Source: Marsupella aquatica (lineage: Eukaryota; Plantae; Marchantiophyta). From it: a DNA stretch of 51,359 bases. Below the pieces are notes generated by a model. It searched no databases. It worked only from the letters and a program-made list of their open reading frames with translations, and was not told the origin of the DNA. Shown here one piece after another: positions 23,834-35,574 of the stretch. Position 1 is the first letter of the stretch. Each line of letters opens with the position of its first letter. Made by a program: the position numbers and the translations under genes. The DNA is taken from NCBI GenBank assembly GCA_973895155.1, contig OZ316895.1, positions 23,596,722 through 23,648,080 of the forward strand, given 5' to 3'.

Positions 23834-24471
23834 GTGCATCCGCACCATTGCTCGGCATTGGGCTACGGGCCAGCATTTACTCCCATATACAGGCCCGAGG
23901 TGTTTTTTGGGGTTGCAATAGTGGTAGGCATTGGCATATTTGTTCCAGGCCAGAATTCTGCCTTTGCCACTGCTACAAAAGCACATCGACGAAAGCACAT
24001 CGACAAGCTGTTCTCGCACCACATGTTCACATCTCCTGCCTCGTGCTATCATTTTTCCACTTCGCAGTGTCAAGCCAGCGCTCCCGCATGCTGAAGTTGA
24101 TGCCAGCACTCCCGCATGCTGAAAGTTGATTCAAACCCCCATGCGGGGGTTTGTACTCACAGGTGCAACACGAATTTGATTCAAACCCCAATGCGGGGGT
24201 TTGTACTCACAGATTCAAACCCCCATGCGGGGGTTTGTACTTACAGGTGCAACACGAATTTGATTCAAACCCCAATGCGGGGGTTTGTACTCACAGGGTG
24301 ATTTGATTCAAACCCCAATGCGGGGGTTTGTACTCACAGGGTGCAGTTTTTCAGGCATGGACCGGTGCAACACGAATTTTTCACCCAGACACTATCGCGA
24401 TGCAAGCCATATCAAGTATGCCAAAAAACTACCTTTGGAAGTGCCAGGCCGCAAAACCAGTGCAGATGCTC
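23834..24471. mobile_element. Tourist-like (PIF/Harbinger) MITE, 638 bp
   Basis: TAA on both flanks (23831-23833, 24472-24474); TIRs GTGCATCCGCAC and GTGCAGATGCTC (10/12 inverted match), resembling GAGCATCT-type Tourist ends. Confidence 0.55.
24128..24339. repeat. Array of five 35-bp hairpin-forming repeats
   Basis: GATTCAAACCCC(C/A)ATGCGGGGGTTTGTACTCACAG at 24128, 24178, 24212, 24262 and 24305; stem CAAACCCCC/GGGGGTTTG with an ATGC loop. Confidence 0.92.
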
Positions 24472-27400
24472 TAAAGGGCTCTGTGCTAATCTTAGGTTTC
24501 TCATTATTTACTCTACATGTCACTCCCCTTACACCACAACTGCGTTTATAAAAGGGTTCACTCCCCATACACCAGAACTGCTTTTATTAAGAGTTCACTC
24601 CCCTTTATAAGAAGCTTACACCCAAAATACAACGAAAGGCAAGCAACCCTAGTATACTAGTCCTGTCTTTCACGCAGGTCTCTTTCATAACTTTGGTGCT
24701 GGTACCCAGAGCTAGATCAGAAGCTTAAGAGGGATACAACCAGGATGACAGGAACTTACACGACAGGTAGAATCAGGACGATGCTCCTGAATAGAACACA
24801 GGTGACACAAGTATTGAACAATAATGTTCAATCTTGTTAATTCGACGACAGAAATTAAACAACATAATTGTCGACAAGGTTTATCCGACAGCAGGTCAGA
24901 AAGGTGTTCCCTCGGAAAAAGGGCTCCACCATCATGAAGACGGCTCCACCAAATGAGGCCAGACACAATCATGAAGAATTGATCGCCGGTATGTACTCGA
25001 GCAACAATCAAATAACCCATCCGACTTACAAAGTCTTGGGCACTGAAACGATATCTCGAGGTCACTGTAAGCTGCCTCAGGAAGAAAGATCTTATGTCAA
25101 GACAAGTCTTGCAAAATGATCCATCTCAAGGAAAGAGAGGCAGATATATTCATTCGCGATAAGATGAGGTCAGAAACCATCCAGGTTCTTCGCTCAACCG
25201 GTCCAGATCCTTCACTAAGAACTTTCGATAACCAAAAAACATAATGTGTCTGAACATGGCGCGCGGCATGCTGTCAGATGGTGATGCATGTTTGTTTCCT
25301 CAAAGGAATTCAGAACAGGTCTATGAATTGGATCATCACTCAGCAAAAACCGACGCTCCACTGCCTCTCTCGTAAGTGGGAGAACAGGACTCGACTAACT
25401 CGTAAACTGCTTGCTTTAAAACCCGTCAGATGGTAGTGCATGTTGAATCCACATGAAATTCAGAACAGGTCTATGATAATGATCCTCATTCGGAAGTGGC
25501 AAGCTCGCACTATACTAACTCACAGGACGGCAATTTAGGAACATAACGATCGGACGGGCCATCTACAGACCACTGGAGGCATTTAGGGTGACAAGAGGAC
25601 CTTTTAAGTCTTCTAGTGACACGTCAATCCTGCTGCTCTACATGAACGCAGAACGAAGACTGACCTGGAGGGATTGAAAAAGCTAATGTAGAAGGCACCC
25701 GCAAACTACAATACTCTCCAGACACGATTGTCCGCGGGAGCGAACAACAGCTCGGCACAACGGTGTCAAGACGAGGCAACCTGAGCACCCGTGAAACGTC
25801 TATTGAAAGTCACACTACGAATCAGAGAGCAAACCCACATTCGCGACAATGGAAGAATAGAACAAATCAGACAATGGCCCATAGAATCGCGTCGGGGATT
25901 CCATCAGGACTCACCAATATTTTGTATAATAGGGTCTTTGAAGACTGACTGTCCTTGCGGAGAGAAGCAATCTAACATGATATCCCTTTCCAAAAAAGTT
26001 CCAGTCTAATCTCTCCATCGACATTCCAGTCCGAAACAATGAACCAGAAGGAAAGAGATTTGGACAGGCGAAGCACCGCAAAGGGAATGAGAACAAAATG
26101 AAGGTCCGTCGACCATGTTTCTCGACAACTCCGAACCCAACAGCAGAAAGAAGGCGGCATGCACTGCGACGGACATCCTGCTCGAAACACAGTAGGATTC
26201 CAGAGGCTTCAAACTAAACATGCATGACTCAACATCTGCAATGGAAACGCATCTCAGCGTTAGAAGCTGAAAAACTGCACTACTGGGAAAGGTCCAAGCC
26301 GGAACGCATGCGGCGTCGAATGCGATGAGGAAACCCCCACCTGACCTAAGAAACATAAGTATTCCTCCGATCGAACGAAGGTCTGTTGGTGCGGCCGTCA
26401 TTGAACGCGAGGAGCTTTTAGGGTTTACGGTTTTGGAGTAAGTCTCCATGGAGAAAAGGGGGGTACGAACCGCTCCGTGGGGCCAAATAACGTACCCTTG
26501 TCATCATCTGGTTTGTGCAAATTTACACACTATAGTATCCAATCCCGGCCTATAGTTAGTTTTATCTAAGGGAAGGATCCTAACTGATCCCGGCTGTTAG
26601 CTGAATGAAAAATTGTTTTCTCAATATTGTTTGATGGACCAAAAACACCTCCTAGTGTGACCTCTGCCTAACCATTTGTGGCTGGCGGCATCATCATTGA
26701 TTGTGCAAGAGAGAAGAATTTGGGACAAGTAAACACTATAATATACAATCCTGTTCTTTTGTTCTCATGGTCTGTTATGGCGAGAAGTTGCCATGGCCAT
26801 CCAAATATGGTAACATGATTTCCTAAACCCTTCACTCTCTCCTGAGCTTGCACATGCCTTGAAATCTAGTTTTCAAGTGTACTCCTTGCACTGTCGGGCT
26901 GCTTGGCCATGTCACTTATGCTCAAGGCACTTTGGCTCAACTTCATTTACTATTGGCAATTTGGGCTATAATAAATAACTATAAAAAAACTTGGCACCTA
27001 GCACTAGAATCTACCTCCCAAAATGGTGGGCTGGTGGGCTCGAAGAGTGTGTGCAACCAAACGGCATAACACAGGCCTAATCTAGTTCCTACCCACAAAA
27101 AATTAATAAAAATTGGAGCCCAGGGCCAGAATTCAACCTCCCATAAAAAATGGGCTGGAACAATGTGTGGGGGAGATTCTTGAAATGGGGAGGAATTGGT
27201 ATCCAAACACTATAAGCAGAAAATTTGTACATGAGGGCATGCAAATGCCCTGGAAAATGGTGCTTCTGTTCAAATATGCCAGTAGCATATGCTTTGGCTA
27301 GCTATTAGTGTATTACCAGAAAAAAGTAGATTGAGAAACTTTTTGGTCACCTGCACAAGTATGGAAGCAACTTCATTTCTGGTATGAATTTACCTCTACT

Positions 27401-29349
27401 GTAGTGCAAGGTGGTGGCAATGACAAGGGGTGACATGCAAGGTAGCCCATTCCCTGGAGGAGCTTGTGAATTGCATGTCCTAGGAGGTTATGGCACATAG
27501 CCCCCAAAGAGTGGATGGATTATGAAGCCCTGAAAAATGAAGATTGGAAATTTTATGCAATCCTAGGATATTGAGAATAAAGCCCTACTTTGATTCACAA
27601 CATAGATTATATCTACATCTTAGCAATAACATAGTCCAGGCACACTTGGATAGGCTTACCAAACCTACCCAGCCCATTTGCTTGCCCATTTTGGACTTAG
27701 TATAGACTTCACACACTCTCACTACTAACTGTAGTTAGACTTATTCAATAAACTTTATTAGGGACTGGCAACCTTGGGTTCCCCCTCTCAGGCAGCACTT
27801 GTCTAATAAAAGTGTTTCATTATATATAAGGCAAAATAAACAAACCCGACAAAAGAATGTTGGAAACATCATGCTTGGGATGATTCATATTGCCTATGGC
27901 AGTAACTATTAACTCTAAGGGATTTGCATATCACCTGAGTTTTCTGGGTAATAAACACCCTTCCCCTTAGGAGATAAGCTTCACCTAGTGTTCGATCTGG
28001 AGGACCATAGACTAGCATCTCTAAGGACACAATATATGAAATTTGGCTCATAAACTTGTATGAGCCACTGAAGACCCAAAAGTTGATTGTCCTAGACAGT
28101 TGCTACCTAGTGCCAGAAGATCGTATTTTTAGGCTTTGAGGAGGTTTGAGGTTACATATGTACATATGTGACTACATATGAAAAGTTTTGCAGATCTGGT
28201 GCCTCCAGTATGGTTGTTCTTCATCCGCCCTTAGTTCAGATGTCCACAAAGCAAACTCAGTTAGGGTCCAATTATGTTTGATAGTATCTATTTATTTATT
28301 ATGTTTTGGTTGGATTTTTTACCTAAGTAATACTGTCATCTCCAGGGTGCCCCTAGACTTTGTGCAGTTGAAAAGTAAGGAAGTTGGTAGATGTTGTGCA
28401 AGCATGCAATCTACTTTCTCTCAAAATCTGCATCTATCTCATACAAGTTTCAAGTAATCACACTATTCTTCTACAATAAGGTGATTACACACAAGAATGT
28501 CCAAATCTTACATGAAGAAATATTGCAAAGAGAAAAACATTATCTTCTCAGCATTTGTGTTAGCTTTGTGTGTCATTGCTAGTATCCACGCAAAACTAAA
28601 GGCCAATTGCAAAATTCCCTAGAAAGAACTGATTTGTTGTGCAGTGTTACCCAGCACTAGGATAGTCTGGTATGGGACTGGACCTGGTATTGCATAAAGT
28701 ATATCAGGCGTTTCCCCACTTTTGTGGGATTGTGTGTGTAAACTCTACTGGATTCTAAAAAAATTATATAAGTGTCACTAGAGGCTTGTGAAGCCCGCTT
28801 TTGGAGGGGATGTTAGAAAGCTCGCATCATAGGCAAAATTCAAACCCAGCACATGTGCTACCCCACTCTCAAGCCCTGCCATTAGGCCCATGGGCAGCAG
28901 GACAATAGCATCAGAATGTTTTATGTATCTATTTTCATCCTGCGAGCTGCAAATCTGTGCCTACCTGCTACCGGTAGCCACCGACTGATGGAGCAAGCAC
29001 AACAGACAACATTTATTGTGAATTCCGTGACTTATACAAGGAAATCAAAATTTTAGGGGGGTCTCAAATATAGGGCCGCGGTTTATTTCCGGACGTCCAC
29101 AATAGGTTTGGCCGGATGCGGGTAAAAAATGTGCGGCAGTCCTTGTTGCTAGCTGGCACAGTCATCTGCGGGATTGTACCGTTTCCCAAATACGGACATT
29201 GTTGTCCCAACAGTCATTCCTGACATCGCACTCAGCCTGGAATGCGCCCCAACACTAGTGTCGGCACCTTGAGCAGCCATCGCTTTGCCGCCATCGCTTG
29301 TCAGTTGAGAACAACGCCATTGCTGTTTAACTCTTTAGTTGGTAAAGCA

Positions 29350-29535
29350 GGCCAAACGCGTAGAGGAACTTCCACTGCCATTGCAAACGCTTTGACTGTC
29401 TGAGCCAAACGGAGCCATAGGAACTACCACTACCATTGCGGACACTTTGATTGTCTTGGCCAAGCGGAGCCATCAGAACTGCCACTGCCATTGCGAATGC
29501 TTTGACTGTCTTGGCCTAGCTAAGGAAGCCATCGC
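29350..29535. repeat. 55-bp tandem repeat, 3 copies, subterminal in the Harbinger element
   Basis: GAACT(T/A/G)CCACT(G/A)CCATTGC at 29366, 29421 and 29476. Confidence 0.85.
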
Positions 29536-30774
29536 GGAATCAAAGGGTTGTTGTCGGTGTCACACCATTCTAGGTAGTGTTAGAGTGTATTGTACTATCT
29601 AGATCCGTATGTTTGGTATGTGTGCTATATGAGCCAATAAGGTTCCGTCAGGTTTGTGTGAGAGGGTACTTCTCACTTGTGAGGCATTGAAAGGGCATCT
29701 TTCAATGTTGAGCCTTGGAGAGAGAGGAGCTTGAGTGTGGCTATGGTGGCTATGAGCTCCGCTTGTGTAACGTGGATTCCTTGAGTAGTGCAAGGTGCAT
29801 TGGCTTGACATACGTGTGTGATCGGATTGGTGCGGGATCGATGGGTTATTGTTGACCGGGATTGTTGTGCCGATTGTATTGAGATTATTGTGGGTTTTGG
29901 ACATGTGTGGACATGAGTTCCACTTGTATTCCATTCTCTTGTGTTTGTGATGTGGCAGTGTGACTATGTCTGGATGTATGTGACAAGCGATGTATGTTTT
30001 GTAGCGATGTGTATGCGCACGACATCGGCAACATGAGCTTCAGGTTGCACCCGAGGTTGCACCGCAACTTCATTTCTTGGTGAGTTCTTGTTGCTGCTTG
30101 TCACCTGTTCAAATTTCTCATCTGAAGAATCCTTATGTTGTTAATTGGCATCAACAGAACTTGCATCATCAAAGGCATGGATGGGAGAGTGGACTAGGCT
30201 TTCTGAAGTGGAGGATAGTAGGTAGAAAGGCAAATTGACATCTTTTTGGCCAACAATAGTGTGGATAGGGAATTTTTGTAGCTCGTCATTCTTACCCGCT
30301 AAAGTTTGTAATTGTTGGATGTCCCGGTCATCCAATTGTTGCTATCAATCCATGGTTGCAAGACTCCTAAATCCACATCTTCTTCTTACCACACACCGGC
30401 CAAGTCAGGATAAAAAAAACTGGAGCAAAGCCAGTTCCAAAAAATTGTTGAAGGATTTGTGCCAGGCTATACTAAGTGCAGGTTTAAACAATAAGGACCA
30501 GGCAGGGCAGATTGTCTCTGAAGTAGTTTACTAGTCTCAATGCAACTTGCTTTTTGCTAGAATTACCAGAATTGGAATATTGTTCAATTAATATCTGATT
30601 TTGTACCTCCATTGTGAATTGAAAGCCTCTTGGGCACTTCCAATTTGTGCTCTATTCATTTGAATAATTGGCATATTATGAATTACGTGGTGATTTGTTG
30701 TAGATAGAATGCCCAAGGTTTTGAATTGGCAGCAATGCCTAAAATGGGTTTGTGAGCATTTGTATGTGAGTATT

Positions 30775-31540
30775 ATGATGGAGTCCTCTAGCGATGGCGA
30801 TGGCTCAAGTGGATCATCAGGATCTTCCTCTGTCAGCAATGGTTTCATGTCCCCAGATTCTGATATAACATGGACTCATCTTCTGATTCAGAGAATGGAA
30901 GAATAGGAGACCCATGTGATGTCCATGGTAAACCATGGCCAGTGGTTTAGTTTGTACTTGCTCCTAGATAGTGAGAGGTATTATGAGAAACGTTCCAAAA
31001 CCGCACCGACGGGCTAAGGAGTTTGCAGATGCATTTTCCAGAACTATCCTACCCCAAAGTGAATTTAGGCAAATTTGTTGAATGGCCAATGATGCATTTT
31101 TGTCCTTCTTCGATTGATAGAATCGCATCCCATGTTTCAAAATGACTCTTTTCATGAATACGCCCCTGTCTCATTGCAACTAGTCACCTGTTTAGACAAG
31201 GTGGGCCATACAGGGAATGGTGTTTGTTTGAAACAAACCTTGTTTCTATGGGGTACAAGTGTGGGATCATTCTTGTGTCAATTACACCTCACAATGTGTT
31301 CCTTCCCTTGAATCTGCCGTTGGGGACTACTTGAAAGTGTGAGATAGGGCAAAGCGTGTCCAAATTTCTAATGAGTCTGCCAAGAAAGGATTCCAAGGCT
31401 ATGTTGGCCTGATTGATGGAACCACCTGTCCATTGACATAGAGACCCAATAATCATGGGGAGTGTTATTTCAATCGGAAATCACATTATTCAATCAATGC
31501 ACAACTTGTTTGTGACCATAAAAGGAAGATCACTTTTCTT
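30775..31540 (+). pseudogene. Decayed, 3'-truncated PIF/Harbinger (DDE_Tnp_4/HARBI1-like) transposase
   Basis: Fragments IESHPMFQNDSFHEYAPVSLQLVTCLDKVGHTGNG and GFQGYVGLIDGT..RP..HGECYFNRKSHYSINAQLVCDHKRKI (first catalytic Asp in IDGT), with stops and frameshifts. Confidence 0.8.
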
Positions 31541-31940
31541 AAACCACAATTCACAAACCACTCACTCCCGAAATGCAAACATTGCGTCCGCGGATGAGTG
31601 CCCTTCCGCAGCCCTCCGATTGGGAGCCAGATCATTCTCGTCCGTTCATCAATGACCCAATCTATGGCTCAAAATGCAGGTCTCTTTGAGATCTACCTCT
31701 CAGAAAAAACCAGATTATCATTGAAGGATGAAAAACGAGGGCAAAAATGAAAAAAAAAACAATCCAAGCAATTTGATTGGTGGAGGCCAAAAAAAATTGA
31801 ATTTTGAATTTCTGGGCAGGTCAGTTAGGGACAGGTGGCCAGGGTTACTGTCGGTGATCCCGGCCAAGAAACCTATGCGGGCATCCACCCTATCGTATGG
31901 ACTACTTTATGTATAGTTCATAGTTACTCTACATTGAAGA

Positions 31941-32012
31941 TTCCTCAGAGTTCATTGGTTAGCACTTTTGCCTCCCAACCAGCAGCTTCGTAGTTCAAGT
32001 CCTGTTCACACA
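31941..32012 (+). mobile_element. tRNA-derived head (SINE-like or tRNA pseudogene)
   Basis: A-box-like GAGTTCATTGG (31948) and B-box-like AGTTCAAGTCC (31992) lie 44 nt apart with a CTCCCAA loop between; the stems do not pair properly. Confidence 0.4.
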
Positions 32013-32337
32013 CTATGTAAGCGTGAATGTTTTGCATCTGCAGTTGCTCTCCCTATTGGGGTGCCACAACAGAACACAATCACCAACTCCTCACTACTCA
32101 TTGTAGATCGACTTCTAGGGTTTTAGGTGTCACAGGCAGTAGGGAAGAGGCACATGGGGGCAAAGGGGCAATGTGGCTAGACAGATGCCTCATTTGCAAA
32201 CTCAAGTCCCCAAGGTACTCTTTCTTGTCTCTTCTTTTCCCTTTGTATTTGCCCATTCATTTATTTTTGTCAATTTATGTTTTGTTTTACTGGGTTTGGC
32301 TTGGCATCCAGTCTTTGTTGTAGAGGTTAGGGATATT

Positions 32338-32624
32338 CTCGGAGGGTTGACTATCAAAAATCTTAGGAACCACGTGCGATCCAAAATAGGTATTTTGGGC
32401 ATATTTTAACTAAATTTTTAAAAAGCGTAGGAGGCAAAAGAAGGTATTATAAACTCATGTTTATAGATTATTCTTTAATATATACCCTTTATAAAGTAAA
32501 ATAGGTTATTAATATTGAAAATAAAAAATATTCTTGGAATATTTTCTTTATAAAATAGGTCTATTTATACTAGGCTAGGATCGCACGTGGTACCCCAAAA
32601 TATACACTTAGTTAACCCCCCGAG
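32338..32624. mobile_element. 287-bp MITE with 8-bp TSD, related to the MITE at 23169
   Basis: TSD GGGATATT at 32330-32337 and 32625-32632; TIR CTCGGAGGGTTGACTA/TAGTTAACCCCCCGAG (14/16); inner IR ACCACGTGCGATCC/GGATCGCACGTGGT. Confidence 0.88.
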
Positions 32625-33668
32625 GGGATATTTTCTTAGAGGTAGGGGTTTGGATTTAGCATAGGGTTATATGAGCAACTGGGGCCAGCCCCCCACTTTT
32701 CCAGATGGGAGGCGGAAACGCAGCCCAAGGGGTGGGGGTCTACCTAGACAGCGCTATCCGAGTGATAAATTAGATTACAAGAAGAGATGGAGACTGGATG
32801 CCAAGCCAGGAATCTGGGTCCTACTTGAACGGTGGGATGAGTGGGAGGACCTCTGAGGTTGGCTGGGACCAGACACAACACACTCTTACTATCACTGTGA
32901 CATGGTTGCTTGATCGCGTGCAACCTACCGTTCAGGAGCTTCGGACATGGCGAGTAGCGGGAGCGGAGGCAGCTCAAATTCAGCCTAAGGCAGTACCGTC
33001 ACCCATCGGCCAGCAAGATCCAGGTCAGCCTGCACGACCATATCAGGTGCAAACACTCTTTCATTTGCTCATTTATTGTTCTCAGTTCTATCTACTCATT
33101 GTTTTGAAATGATTTTTGAGATGATAATTTTTAGTGTTTTGCATGTTTTCCATTCTTCACCCAGTTTAGTAGCCAAACAAGCACACACTTTCATTGTAAG
33201 CCACATGTGAAGTAAAATACCAAACCAAAAAATGGACAAATTATAAACCATAGGGTACACCTTATAAACCTAAAATTAGGGCACACATAAATACCTAATA
33301 TAATACAAAACCATAAAATTAGGGTCACAAAATTAGGGAATCCATTACTAACACAATGCCAATTAGGGTACACAATAATTATAAACAAAAAGATTATAAT
33401 ACACTTTTCAGGCACAATACTGAAGTAGAAAATTAGGGTACATATTTTTAGTCTTAACTATATTTCTAATATTCTAACATAAATAATGCCAAACATTGTT
33501 CTAAACGTACTACAATTTTATTTATTGGGTCATATTTAGGGTTTGGATTACCATAGAACCATGTCATCACACTTCCCAGAATAAACATCTATTATGTTCA
33601 ATACTTCTGGTATCATCTATGATTCCAATAACATTGTCCAAGATGCTACAAAGTAACATGTCTTGGAG

Positions 33669-34188
33669 CAAGTGGTGGACCTCGCCACCCAGCGCCCTCA
33701 CCAATCCCAGCACTCGCGTCTAAGTGCCCTTGGTGTTCGAATGCCTCCACGGAATACCTCGAGCAAGCACCCAATTGCCTCTTGCACCACCAGCGGCCCC
33801 TCCCATACAAAGCCGCACTTGCTCACCTACACGACCGCTACTCAACGATCCTCACTGTCTGCACAAGCAACCAAGCACCTCGGTAAGTAACCCCTCAGGA
33901 TCTAGAACTCGCCAAGTCTAGTATCCTAATTCAAGCTCAACAGATGTTGGTAAATAGGTCAGCGATAGGTCCTCCCGACGCCATAAGCCGGAACCAGAAC
34001 CCACGCCCACTGTTCGTCCAGAACAACTCCTTCCTTGGGCGCGGCCCGGGTTCCCCCTCGTACCTATCCATCACCAACTGACCGCCCTGACCCCAGGACA
34101 TGCTCATGGCCCAAATAACGTAGCTTGTCCCAAAGCTTGTCCTAAGCTTGTCCCAACACGCTGGGACCAAAACGGCCCTGACTCTAGC
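33669..34188 (-). repeat. Remnant (distal 520 bp) of the 3' LTR
   Basis: Ungapped match to 41648-42167 with about 22 mismatches by manual count (~96%), mostly transitions. It abuts the integrase directly, so the INT C-terminus, PPT and ~1 kb of LTR are deleted. Confidence 0.92.
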
Positions 34189-35574
34189 TCACCCCAATTT
34201 CAAAGCTTACCTGGCGTCGATGTTTATCCCCTTGCTCCTTGTACCGACTTTGGGCAAGGGTCATACCCTTGGTAGCCGCTTCCACAACTAGGCGCCGCTC
34301 TCGAATAAAATTGTCCGCAAAAGGAACCTTGCTTTCCGACCGCCAAGCTTTCGGATTTATAAACCAGGAGGGCGCCCTTGGCAAGGGCGTCCTCCCGGTG
34401 GCCAACACAAACGGCGCAAACCCCGTTGCCGAATGCTTGGTCAAGTTATACCTAAACTCAGCCATTGTTAAATGCTTCGCCCAATCCTTCTGATTGGCCG
34501 TCACAAAGTGACACAAGTAGTCCTCCACGATACCATTAACCCATTCCGTTTGGCCATCTGTCTCATGATGATATGCTGATCCCCTAGTCAGGTCTGTTTC
34601 GGATTTCCATAACAACGCCTTCCAGAAATGGCCCGTGAACTTGGTATCGCGATCGGACAGGATATGCAACGACAATCCCCATTGTCAAAAGACATTGTCA
34701 AATACTAGACCGGCAACCTCTCGGGCCGAAACCATCTTGGAAAAACAATCCACGATTGTTAAGATGGAGTTACTGCCGTGGGACTCAGGTAACCCAACAA
34801 TGAAGTCCATGGAGATAGATTCCCATGGAGCCGCAACTACTGGTAAGGGTTGCAGTAGTCCTCCTTTTGCCCTATAGACCGTTCGGTTCTTTTGGCACGA
34901 GTAACAACTTTGCACGTGTTGAAGGACCGATTGCTTCATATCCGGCCAATACACATCTCGCAACATGCTGCGATATGTAGCGGCTTGTCCTCCATGCCCT
35001 CCCCAGGGCGAGTCGTGGTACTTTTGCAGAACCTCTAACCTTAGAGACTCCGGTATGTACACACGCCTCTGCTTGTATCGCCATAACTGGACATTATGCG
35101 TCTTATCCAACCCCAACGATACGTGCCTTACCTTGCCTTGGCTACCCCCATTGCTTTGCCATTCCTTAGCTAACCTGTCATCCCCATACGCCACGGCCAA
35201 AACCTTTGGCCACTCGGATTTGAGCATCGTGATCCCATTGACACGATGTTGGTCCTTACGCGATAACGCGTCCGCTGCCGTATTTGTCTTCTTTGGAACA
35301 TGGTGGACTTTGAAATTGAAATCCGCCAAGAACATCTGCCAGCGCATTTCCTTGGGGTTCAGCCTTGGCTTAGAACTGAAATACTCGGCCGGCGAGCTAT
35401 CTTTGTGGATTACCACTTTGGGACTGTTCTTAAGGTAAATCTCCCACTTCTTCAACGCATAGATCACAACATACATTTCCCTTTCCGGCGTGATCCAGTG
35501 ATTTTCCAACTTACATGACTCGAAGGCCACAGGACACCCAACTTGGTGAAGACAGGCGCCAATGGCATTGTCAC
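34189..35574 (-). pseudogene. pol: RNase H C-terminal part and integrase
   Basis: DNAIGACLHQ..PVAFES, TNTAADALSR, HHCC finger (HDSPWGGH..CYSC), WESISMDFIVGLP, ILSDRDTKF, TDGQTE, ending RRQVSFEIG; contains an internal stop and a small deletion. Confidence 0.93.

Noticed and set aside
24128-24339. CRISPR array
   Set aside because: Repeats are palindromic, but the linkers are absent, ~8 or 15 nt and the 15-nt one is repeated rather than unique; there are no cas genes and the context is a eukaryotic TE.
26500-29050. Genes in this interval
   Set aside because: Only short ORFs, small palindromes and weak inverted similarities; nothing assignable.
31941-32012. Functional tRNA-Gly(CCC) gene
   Set aside because: The acceptor and anticodon stems do not pair; kept only as a tRNA-derived fragment.
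33250-33545. Interstitial telomere (several AATTAGGG)
   Set aside because: The motifs are dispersed in AT-rich sequence, not tandem TTAGGG/TTTAGGG arrays.
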